Shown here: in pieces, positions 53,401 to 64,000 of the stretch | Layout: every line of letters starts with the position of its first letter | Numbering within the stretch: position 1 is the first letter of the stretch | NCBI RefSeq assembly: GCF_006345805.1 | Contig: NC_043000.1 | Coordinates: forward strand, 101,494,001-101,558,000 | DNA: 64,000 nt | Direction of reading: 5' to 3' | Source: Octopus sinensis | Lineage: Eukaryota | Notes under the pieces: model-generated | Told to the model about the DNA's origin: nothing | Seen by the model: the letters and a program-made list of their open reading frames with translations, nothing else | Database searches by the model: none | Program-made: the position numbers and the translations under genes

Positions 53401-53729
53401 CCACACATGTGTATGTATAAATGTGTGTGTATAGGCATATAACTGTTTGTGTGTATGTATATGTGTTAATGTATATGTGAATTTGTCTGTGTGTTTATAT
53501 GAAAAGAAAAGAAAGCAAAGGAAACAAATAGGTGTATAGTGGAGTATAATGTAACGCTACAAATCAAACTTTCTTAATTTTGAAATTATTTGTTAAAGCA
53601 TAGAAATCAAAGCATTTCACTATTTACTTTAGTGACAGTTAATATTGAAGGTTGTAAGTGTTTACATGTTGACCTAATAGCTAATATAAAGTCAGTGTTA
53701 ATATATTAAATACAGTAAACACCAAAACG

Positions 53730-54030
53730 TCATCATCATCATCATCATAATTTTCATCATTGTTGTTGTCATCGTCATCATCTTCATCATCAACATTATC
53801 ATCATCATTATTGTCATCATCATCATCATCATTATCAACATTATCATCATTGCCATTATCTTCATCATCAGCAACATCATCATCAGCATCATCAACATCA
53901 TCATCATCAGCATCATCATCATCATCATCATCCTCATCATCATCATCATCATCACCACCACCACTACCACTACCACCACCATCATCATCATCACCATCAC
54001 CATCACCATCATTGTCACCACTGCCATTGC
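53730..54030. repeat. Imperfect (CAT)n/(CAC)n expansion, tail of a minus-strand RTE-type repeat
   Basis: Adjacent to a reverse RTE-type tail (ttcccatgcttgcatggg..ctggatgcctttcc). Confidence 0.8.
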
Positions 54031-54329
54031 TGACCTAATGTCTGCTTTCCCATGCTTGCATGGGTCAGGCAGTGTTTGTTCGGGCAGGTATTTTGCTATA
54101 GCTGGATGCCTTTCCTGTGGCCAATCTTTACCTGTTTCTAAGTGAGGTATTATTTCTCTTTAGCTGGACATGTTTTCCATGAGAGACTTGAAACCAATGG
54201 CACTTTGTATAATGGTGATGCTTACAAATGTCACACGATATCAAATCGTGGAAACATACTCATAGATATAGATATATATTTGCATATGTGGTAAATGAAA
54301 GAATGATGGAATATATGACAATTTTTATT

Positions 54330-55582
54330 ATTAATCACACTAAACAACTGGTTCAGGAGTATCCGGCAGTGCAGGTGTGTTTCATCAGGTGATAAATAGA
54401 TACAACTCATTAAAATAACAGTTCCGCAATGTATCGTCTCATTTTGTAGAAAGAAAACCAACAATACAAAGGAAATATCTTCATTATATAGATAAAAAAT
54501 AAAATTACAGATGCAAAAAAGAAATGAAGACAATGAGAAATACAGAGAGAAAAGTATTAAAAATAACCGTCAACAGATATTGGATGTATAAACTCCCTCA
54601 TGCAAGCTGCTTGGAGCATGTATATTCACTCATCCAAGCATCTGCAAAAATGTAAGCATACGCACACATGTGGTTTTATGCACTCACGATCACAAAGCGA
54701 GTTAAATAACTGCTCGGTGTTTATAAGAATGGGAGAGGTTAAAGCTAAACTTAATTCATCCATACCTTAAAGTAAATTATGTCAACAGTTACTGAAATGC
54801 ATTCCCACTGCATTGTATGAAAGTACATTTATATGCATGTAGACATCTTGAGAGTCTTTCAGAAATTCTATTAATGATCTTTTCGTTGGTTCACAGAATA
54901 GACAGTGATTCCTTGGAGCAGAGTCAGCATCTCCTGGAAATGGTGTTGTATGGTTTTCCATGCCTTACTATGGACCAAATTATGTTATACTAAATTTTAT
55001 CTTCTTTCAGTCGTCATGCAAAATCGGCCAAAGATGTTGAATGTCTCTTATTGATTCTCTTGAAGCTAGTGGCATGGTTGCAATAATCATTCTTAACTGA
55101 ATCAGCCATCTTCCCAATTTAAACATATGTGCCTAGTACATTTATATACAAGGTTTGTACTCAAACAGAGGTTCATCAATGGGCATTTTAATTTTTCTCT
55201 GCATGAGCATTTACCATATTTATTTGTATACATGGCAGTTCTGACTTCATTTTCTGACTTGTTACCATGTTAGCTAGATCATAATTGTTTCTACTATTAC
55301 AATTTCACCATAATTGGTGCTTTTCATTGTGGTTTACATCTCCTTTGTTGGTATTTAGATGTGTATGTTTGCTAGATCCAGTAGGTGGGTTATTGAACTG
55401 TTGTCGCATCTTACTATTGTTTATGCAGTACATAAGCTGCTCCAAATTAGTTGATTTAGTGTAGGATACCTTCCCGGTGTGCCAATTAAAAATAGCATAC
55501 TAATGATTAGATTTAGGAAAACATTTGTCCAAAGTGGCAAAAAATTTTCCAGCAATCTTAGTTGAAACATTTGAACTAAAAA
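54330..55582 (-). mobile_element. Penelope-like element remnant (RT C-terminus, CxCx5C linker, GIY-YIG; Naiad-like)
   Basis: FSSNVSTKIAGKFFATLDKCFPKSNH*YAIFNWHTGKVSY, then CSCREKLKCPLMNLCLSTNLVYKC, then IGKMADSVKNDYCNHATSFK..STSLADF..IIWSIVRHGKPYNTISRRC*LCSKE..IINRISERLSRCLH. Decayed CUGAUGA motif at about 54333-54393. Confidence 0.85.
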
Positions 55583-55759
55583 TGTGTGTATTTATGTATA
55601 TATATGCATATGTGTATATATGTTTATATATACACATGTGTATATATATATATATATATGCATGTGTGTGTGTATATATATGCATATATGTGTAAATGTA
55701 TATATATATGTATATGTATATATACACACCTATACATACCCCACAGCAGAAGTGTTAAA

Positions 55760-56020
55760 ACTGATCCTGGTGGTGCCATGTAAAAGCACCCATGTGGTAC
55801 CATGTAAAAGTGCCTGTGCTGTGCCATGTAAGAGCACTCTTACAGCACCACTTAAAGTGCCCATGAGCACACTCTGTAAAGTGATTGGCATAAAGAACGG
55901 CATCCAGCCATAGAAACCATGTCAAATCAGACTGGAGTCTGGTGCAGCCCCCTGCCTTGCAGCTCATGTCACACCATCCGACACATGCCAGCATGGACAA
56001 CAGAGGTTAAATGATGATGA
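55760..56020 (+). mobile_element. RTE-type 3' UTR/tail
   Basis: taaaagcacc repeats, ggcatccagccatagaaacc, (GAT)n end. Similar tails at about 25090, 40400, 41200, 41870 (-), 56820 and 62540 (-). Confidence 0.75.
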
Positions 56021-56057
56021 TTAAGTATGTGTGTATGTATAAATATAGGTATGTATG

Positions 56058-56130
<73 letters not shown>

Positions 56131-58060
56131 TATATATATAATATATATATATATATGTATGTGTGTTTGTATGAATATATATATATATATATGTATGTGT
56201 GTTTGTATGAATATATATATATATATATATTTACACACACACATATGCATACACAGACATGTATATGGGCTTCTTTCCATTACTGTATGCCATTCCACTT
56301 CCAAAGCTTTGGTCAGCCAAGGCCTCCATCACAAAACACCTGTCGAAACTGCCAATGAAAAGTGATTAATTTCTAAGACCACCAAATGGGGAAATATACA
56401 GATAGATAGTTAGATTAGTGATATCATATTTAATACAGTGAAACATGAAGGTACTAATAAGAAATAATTATGTGCTGCGCAACACACAGTGATATGCAGA
56501 TAGATAGATAAATTAATAATGATGTATTTAATATAGGGAAACATCAAAATAATAACAAAAATAATTATGTTGTGAATTGGCTACTTTGATAGATATACTG
56601 ATTCATAACTAATCTAATGTTAACCCTGACACATTTTCACTGTCATCACCTCTGTCTTACTGTATGTCTGTCTGTCTCTCTGTCTCTGTCTGTCTCTCTC
56701 TCTCTCCACTCTCTTTTCCAACTGAGATAGCCATGTATCTCCTCTATAGTATCTCTCCTTCTCTCATACTTTCACCTCTCATCACCTTACACAAAACCAC
56801 CTCTCTCAGTTGAGGGATCTTGTTTTATAAGTTACTTGGTGACCTCACTGGTGCTGGTGCCACTTAAAAAGCACCCATTATACTCTGTAAAGTGGCTGGT
56901 GTTAAGAAGGGCATTCAGTTGTAGAAATCATCCCAAAGCAGATAGTAATGCTTGATACAGTCCTCTGGATCACCAGCTCCTGTCAAACTATCCTCTCTAT
57001 GCCAGCATAGAACACATGCTTAAAATAGTGATGGTGCTGATGATGATATATTTAATGTAAGAGTGTTTACACATTCAATTTAGCACATTTAATGTTAATG
57101 AGAGCTGATCATGTAGTGAGATAGAAAAATATACAAGACGTAAAGTTAGTGATAGCATAATTAATACAGGGAAACTACAAATTGCTAATAAGAAATAATT
57201 ATATGGTGAGATGACTAAATCGAAAAATAAACAGATAAATAGTCAAGTTAGTATTTTTATACAAGAAACATCAAAATGTTAATGAGAAATGATAACGAGT
57301 GACAAAAAAAAAAAAGAAAATTATAAAAAAATAACTTTCTCAGTCACTGACTTGTTATTTACAGGTTTTCAATAAATGTATGAGACAACCCTTGGATATT
57401 TTTCTATCTTATTCTGACCTCATCAGCAAAATATAATTTTCACCATATGTAATCAAGTAGTAATGAGATAATTTCTTAGTTTGTGTTTCTCAAACACTGC
57501 CCTGCAGTGCATTAGTGTGCCAAAGATTTTTGAAATATAATTTAGAATGCAGGCTCAGCTGTTGTTAATAAGTCTCTTTTCCAACCATATAGTTTGGGTC
57601 CAGTCTCTGTGCATGACATCTTGGGTAAGTAACTTCTATTATAGCCCCAGGCTGCCCCAAATCTTGTAGGTGGATTTTGAAGTGAAAACCAATCATGTTA
57701 TAGTCATGAGTGTCACTGCCATATAAGTGATGTCATTAATTTCGAGTCTTCCTTGAGAACATATATAGCCATAGGCAGATTTATCTCACTTGCTAACAGG
57801 AAAGGATAATAGATCTTATAAAATCTGCCTCAATGAATTCCATCTGACCCATAGAAGCATGAGAAAGTGGATGTTAAAATGATGAGAATGATAAGGACGT
57901 TGATGAGTTTAAAGCTTCAGAAAATCAAAGCTAATGCCCGAGCGTCTTAAACATTGAGTTATTCTTGATGCTCTTATATACAAGTATTAAGGATTAACAC
58001 TTAACATCCATTTTCCATGCTGGCATTGGCTGGATGGCTTGGTAGAAACTGGCAAGGCCA

Positions 58061-58293
58061 AGGTGGTGAGCTGGCAGAAATGTTGGCACACCGGGTGGAA
58101 TGCTTAGCAGTATTTCGTCTGCCGTTACCTTCTGAGTTCAAATTCCCCCGAGGTCAATTTTGCCTTTCATCTTTTCAGGGACGATAAATTAAGTACCAGT
58201 TATGCACTGAGGTCGATGTTATCGACTTAATCCCTTTTATCTGTCCTTGTTTGTTCCTCTATGTTTAGACCCTTGTGGGCAATAAAGAAATAG
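58061..58293 (+). mobile_element. SINE family A with a perfect 16-bp TSD, nested in a minus-strand RTE tail
   Basis: gaaactggcaaggcca at 58045-58060 and 58294-58309. Confidence 0.92.
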
Positions 58294-59140
58294 GAAACTG
58301 GCAAGGCCAGGGGCTGCACCAAGTTCCATAGACTGTTTTGGCTTGGTTTTTGTGATTGAATGCCCTTCCTGATGTCAGTCATTCCACAGAGTGTATTAGA
58401 TGCTTCTTATGTGGTTCCATCACCAGTGCTTTTTATGTGGAACCAGCGCCCACATTAATGTTTTTTATGTGGTGCAAAAATATAAAAAATTAAACAAGGT
58501 GTGTAATGGTTTTCTATTTTTTTTTAAACTTCTTTTTATGGCCTTCACTCCTTGGAGCTAAGTGGACTCATGCTATCTTCACTCAAGCATTCCTGTTTTA
58601 CTTCTCATTCTTCTTTCAATTATATTTGTTGTATCCCAACCACTCAAACTCACCCCTCCCTAATTGCTGTACCTCGTTGTTTTATCTCAGAATGTCATTC
58701 CTCTGGAAGTTGCTTTCTGCTGATATATTTCCTGCAGCTGTTCAAAGAGAAGCCTTAAAGGCATTAATCTCACTGGTCTTGGAGGGCCTTCAAAGGCCTG
58801 GGGTACTTCCCTCTTCTCTGGGCCCAGCATATAGGCATGGAAGAAAAAACATATGCATTAGAAATTTGTCATTGGCTCCATAGTGTGCCAGAAAAAGAGT
58901 GAGAACCACAGCTGTAAAATAATGGTAACAAATTTTAGTGCAATGCCAGCAGTTTTATGGAGGGGACAAGTTGATTACATTGACCCTGTACTTTATTGTT
59001 ACTTGTTTCACTGACTCCCCAAAGGGATAAAAAGCAGTCAACCTTAGAGGTATTTGAACTCAAAACATACAGCCAAGCATTTTGTTCAATGTGCTAATGA
59101 TTCTGCTAGCTTGTTACCTTAACCCACAGCTCTAAATAAT

Positions 59141-59353
59141 TTTTTCTACTCTATGCACAAGGCCCAAAATTTTTGGGGAGGGGCCAGTCGATTAGATTGA
59201 CCCTAGTACACAACTGGTACTTAATTTATTGGCCTTGAAAGGATGAAAGGCAAAGTCGACCATGGCAGAATTTGAGCTCAGCACGTAAAGACAGATGAAA
59301 TACTGCTAAGCATTTCGCCTAGTGTGCTAACATTTCTGCCAGCTTGCCACCTT
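59141..59353 (-). mobile_element. SINE family A variant with a 17-bp TSD; an older copy lies adjacent (about 58925-59120)
   Basis: ccacagctStaaataat at 59124-59140 and 59354-59370. Confidence 0.88.
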
Positions 59354-60523
59354 CCACAGCTGTAAATAATGTACATGTTTATAGTTAAGGTAGTGTTAAC
59401 ATATATAAGGAGAGAATCAAAACAAAAATAGATAATTATGTTGCAAGGGCAACATCAATATATGTCAGTGACTCATCCTTTTTACACTTTTCTAACAAGT
59501 AAAGGAGATAACTCTGAATATGTTTCACTTTATTCTAACCTCATCAGTGAAATGTAGTCTTTATTGGTATTGTCTAAAGGAGTGATTAGTGAATTACTAA
59601 GTAATTGTAAAAAACTGTACATTTCCTGTCGATGAATAATAGAACCTCTTCAAAAATTAATAATTTGGAAAAGCTCTCAACTTGAAAAATAATAAGTCAA
59701 TTAGTTTTAGCATATTTAATGAAAGAGAGCATTGAAAAGCTGACAAGAGCTAATTGTGTAGGCAAGGAAATATTATACTGATTAATTAACAAATTGATAA
59801 ACATGGTAAAGGCTAAGTTTCACTAATGAGAACAAAATTAGATGAAAATTGGTCTGAAATGCCTTGTATTTAACAGAAAGTTATAGATTAATGCACTTTA
59901 TATTATATAGGCCATGTAAACATTGACTAAACTACAATCATATGTATTTGCTTACTTCTGCAAGTACAGTGAAGGTTATACTTTGCTGATGTGGTCAGAA
60001 TAAGTTCAAAACGTATTCCTTTATTTGATTCAGTCATTGAGCTGCACTGTTAATAGGTTTAGTTGATCAAGTCAACTCCAGTACTTATTGTTTGGTATTT
60101 ATCTTACTGATCTCTTTTTGTCAAACCATTAAGTTATAGGGGTGACACAAACAAACCAACACTAGTGAGGAGAAAGAAATACAAACATATACATGCAGAT
60201 ACACTCACACATGAATATAAATATATAATGGGATTCAACACAGTTTCTGTCTGAGGCTTGAGTACAAGATGCTTGCCCAAAGTACCATGCTGTGAGATTC
60301 AATTCAAAACCATGTGGCCACAAAGTGAACACACAGCCATCCTGCATCTATATCTGGAGTTCTTTTTTCAGTACTTGGCAGAAATATGAAAATAATACTG
60401 GTTTCAAATTGTGGCATGAGGTCAGCAATTTCGAAGGAGGTGGGGAGATAGTCAAATTCATCGATCCCTGTACTTAGTACTGGTACTTAGTTTATCAATG
60501 TGAAAAGGATGAGAGGTAGAGCC

Positions 60524-60943
60524 TACTCTTTTACTCTTTTTTTACTCTTTTACTTGTTTCAGTCACTTGATTGTGGCCTTGCTGGGGCACCACCTTTAGT
60601 CGAGCAAATCGACCCCAGAACTTATTATTTGCAAGCCTAGCACTTATTTTATCAGTCTCTTTTGCTGAACCACTAAGTTACGGGGACATAAACAGACCAG
60701 CATCAGTTGTCAAGTGATGTTGGGGGGACAAACACAGACACACAAACATATACACACATATATATATATATATCCATATATATGATGGGCTTCTTTCAGT
60801 TTCCATCTACCAAGTCCACTCACAAGGCTTTGGTCAGCTTGAGGCTATAGTAAAAGACACTTGACCAAAGTGCCATGCAGTGGGACTGAACCTGGAACCA
60901 TGTGGCTGGTAAGCAAGCTACTTACCACATAGCTACTCCTGCG
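60524..60943 (-). mobile_element. SINE family B, full length
   Basis: Reverse complement of the 6797 copy, with an (actctttt)n tail. Confidence 0.9.
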
Positions 60944-61154
60944 TCTATTGTATTTTATTCACCAAATATCTATTTCTAGTTAGCTTTTTAATTTTTCTTG
61001 TATTATGTATGTTTATGTGTTTGTTTTGCAAGATTCCTGATATGAAATCATGTTTGGAACAGATATTGTTGTATTTGAGGATGGTTATTTTCTTTCTTTT
61101 CTTTTGTTTTTTTATTTGCCAAATAAACTCTTGTACCATATGATTGTTCTTCAC

Positions 61155-61308
61155 TTTATTATTCTTATTCTTATTTTAGTGCCCTTTGTCTGAAAGATTT
61201 GAACTAGACAAGACATGAGCCACGTAGGAGGAAGGGTCACTGAAGAGGTCACAAAATGTGTGACAAAAGATTTTAGACAAAGGATACTAAAATAAGAACA
61301 ATAATAAA
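61155..61308 (+). repeat. Foldback element with HHR motif (G12 mutated)
   Basis: Arms cttattttagtgccctttgtctgaaa / ttttagacaaaggatactaaaataag. Inside: guca-CUGAAGA-g-GUCAC-aaaaugu-GUGAC-AAAA. Confidence 0.6.
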
Positions 61309-61525
61309 TCTGAAATGAAGAACAAGTATATAGTCATTGCGTGTGTTTATTTGGCAAAATATAAAAACAAAGAAAGAAAAAGAAATACGGAGATGTACTT
61401 GCATAGCAAGTGACCTGATCTGAGATTGTGTGCTGGAATGAAAACAATTGCAGTGTCGAAGGTGTTTATAAGCCATTTAAGAAACACATAAAAACTGTTA
61501 GATTCATTTCAACATGTTATTTTAA

Positions 61526-61576
61526 TTTGTCAAAATATTTTCGTCGCTTTGAGACCGTGGCCTGTTCACTGACAAA
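61526..61576 (-). ncRNA. Hammerhead-like motif with G3-C8 core variant, inside an inverted repeat (61477-61620)
   Basis: Minus: uuuguca-GUGAACA-ggccac-ggucucaaa-gcgac-GAAA-auau-UU-ugacaaa. 7-bp stem I, palindromic AAUAUU stem III. Confidence 0.6.
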
Positions 61577-62378
61577 ATTCCGTACTGAAGTGAATCTAAT
61601 GGTTTTTGTGTGTTTCTTAAAAAGAAATAACCATCCTGAAATATTGCAATATTGTATTAAATAGTTTTACACTAACTTAATTATTGATAGCTAAAAGGCT
61701 GATGGTTCATATGCTGCCCCTTATAATAGAGTTGACTACACTAAAGGACCAAAGCTGGTAGTATTAAAGTGATGGATTATGTCCATCACCCAAGTACCTA
61801 CAGTGTGATTTGAACTCAGAACCTAAAGTGCTAGAACAAATACTGCATCTAATTTGGTGTTTTTGCAGTTGTACCAATTCACCCCTTTGGAGTGGAAGAT
61901 TATTATTGACCCTGAAAAAAGACAAAGTTGATCTTGATGAGATTTGAACACACCATGCCAATGTCAAAACAAACATGGCAAAGCATTCCATCTGATACTC
62001 TAATTATTCTTCCAGTTTGTTATTGAAAAAGATGGAATGTCATTGTTGGAACACACTTGATTATAAGTCTCTGCTCAAACAGGACTGACATGGCGATAAA
62101 CAACACAAACAACAAAATAGCATCCACAGCAGCTGCTGCTAACAAACAAATGCCGTGCTCAGAATTCCAGATTCATTAATTATTCCAAACTTGTACTTGC
62201 TTTTCTACCCAACGCCTCACGTATCATATTTCAAATTGATTGTGTTAATAAAGAGGCAAGAATTGAGAGTGTCCATACTGACACATAGTGTGGACAGACT
62301 ACCAGCTGTTTCTAAATGATGAAAAAATCTCCTCTTTAATAGGTGACAAAAGTGCACATACACACAAACTGACAAGCT

Positions 62379-62422
<44 letters not shown>

Positions 62423-62498
62423 CATACATACATACATACATACATGCATGAATGTGTGTATGTATATATATATATCTATATATATACATACATATGAA

Positions 62499-62534
<36 letters not shown>

Positions 62535-62863
62535 ACTCGTCATTATCATTTAATGTCTGTTGTCCATGCTGGCTTGGGTTGGACAGTTTCACCAGGGTTG
62601 GCAAGCTGGAAGGCTGCACCAGACTCCAGTCTGATTTGGCAGGGTGTCTATGGCTTGATGCCCTTTCTAATGCCAACCACTCTGAGAGTGTAATGAGTGC
62701 TTTTACGTGCCATTGGCATGGATGCCATTTGAATGACACCAGTATCTGCTACAACTGCAATTTTGCTCAGCGTGATGGGTCTTCTTCTCAAGCACAGGAT
62801 AAGGCCAAAGGGCTCAGTCATTGCCTCTGTGAGGCTCAATGCTTGAACGGTACTTTATATATA

Positions 62864-63094
62864 AGGCGGCGAGCTGGCAGAAACGCTAGCACGCCGGGCG
62901 AAATGCTTAGTGATATTTCGTCTGCGTTACGTTGTGAGTTCAAATTCCGCCGAGGTCAACTTTGCCTTTCATCCTTTCGGGGTCGATAAATTAAGTACCA
63001 ATTACGCACTGGGGTCGATGTAATCGACTTAATACCTAAGTCTGTCCTTGCTTGTCCCCTCTGTGTTTAGCCCCTTGTGGGTAATAAAGAAATA
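62864..63094 (+). mobile_element. SINE family A, youngest-looking copy (CpGs retained), 15-bp TSD
   Basis: ggtactttatatata at 62849-62863 and 63095-63109. B box gagttcaaattcc. Confidence 0.93.
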
Positions 63095-63295
63095 GGTACT
63101 TTATATATATCTTATATATATCCCGGATAAACCCCCTACACCCGGATATGTCTCTGTAAACAATAACTCTCTACTTGAGTGGGCCATAGTGCCCAAATTC
63201 TGACTTGAAAGACTTCACCAGGTGGTGCTATTAAGTTAGACATGGCCTGGGCCAATAATGGCCGAAACCTATCAAAGTATCAAAGTATCAAAGTA

Positions 63296-63353
<58 letters not shown>

Positions 63354-63358
63354 TATAT

Positions 63359-64000
63359 ATTGGGTCATTCCATAAATAATGCTGTTATTTTATACTCCTT
63401 TTATTTTTCAAAATTAAGATAAACAAAGTTCTTTTTTAATCTAAAATATACTTTCCTTCATTTTCTACAATGCTCTTCCATCAATCTGGTAGACTTGCAA
63501 GGCTCCTCTTCCAAAATTCACTTGTCCATGATGAAAAATACTCTCCAGTACTGTTCTGAGCTCATCTACAGAATTCATGTTTTTTCCATCCAAATGATTT
63601 TGATGACTGTGGAATAAATGATTAATCAGATGGAACTAATCTGGTGAATATGGTGGCTGAGTGGATCATCGTTTCCCATTCAAACTGCTCCAGCCTTTGG
63701 AATGTCATCCTTTCTGTATGTGGCTGAGCAATATCATGAAGGAAGAACACCTTTTGCCTTGGAACCAAAGATGGTCGTTTTTCTTCTAATGCTGACGTAA
63801 GCCATTCAAGCTGCTTGCAGTAAATCTCTTTTGTTGTTGTTTGGTTTGGGTTTAAAAGTTCAAAGAGGACTAAACCTTTCATATCTCACCAAACAGAAAA
63901 CAACACTTTTAACCTGGACTGCTGGTGTTTCTCCTTTCCCCACCCACTGTCTTCAATGCTTGACATTTTTATAGAGAACCCATTTCTCATCACCAGTCAC
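63359..64000 (-). pseudogene. mariner (DD34D-type) transposase pseudogene and TIR, running off the window
   Basis: Minus: VTGDEKWVLYKN..VW*DMKGLVLFELL..LEEKRPSLV..FFLHDIAQPH..PSD..HLF..QNHLDGK..FWKRSLASLPD*WKSIVENEGKYILD* (stop about 63436). TIR-like ttgggtcattccataaataatg abuts a (TA)n tract. Confidence 0.92.

Noticed and set aside
54790-55210. Selenocysteine reading of in-frame TGA codons in the PLE GIY-YIG
   Set aside because: The TGAs are not at Cys positions (e.g. RC*LC fits CGA>TGA decay), and TAG/TAA stops and deletions are also present.
59505-59555. Minus-strand CUGAUGAG...GAAAC
   Set aside because: No credible stem II or stem I. The paralog at about 57420 lacks the same pattern.

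Overview
AT-rich, repeat-dense animal DNA, most likely intronic or intergenic. The SINE, RTE and microsatellite content resembles coleoid cephalopod (Octopus-type) genomes; this is an inference from repeat recognition, not a database result. I found no intact protein-coding gene. Nearly all listed ORFs are microsatellite or SINE translations. Recognisable content: several tRNA-derived SINE families in many copies (some with clean 15-17 bp TSDs), decayed RTE LINE 3' ends, two clear and one or two weak Penelope-like (PLE, GIY-YIG) remnants, mariner remnants at both window ends, TA-, TTAA- and 7-bp-TSD MITEs, a non-autonomous Helitron and a tandem Helentron/DINE-1-like element. The most interesting signal is a dispersed set of type-I hammerhead ribozyme (HHR) motifs. 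One is near-intact (51426), one has a G3-C8 swapped core (61526), and several sit inside short foldback elements. Local rearrangements are also visible: a templated self-insertion in an RTE, and a duplicated block carrying a TIR insertion and a micro-inversion. Coordinates were counted by hand and may be off by a few bases.
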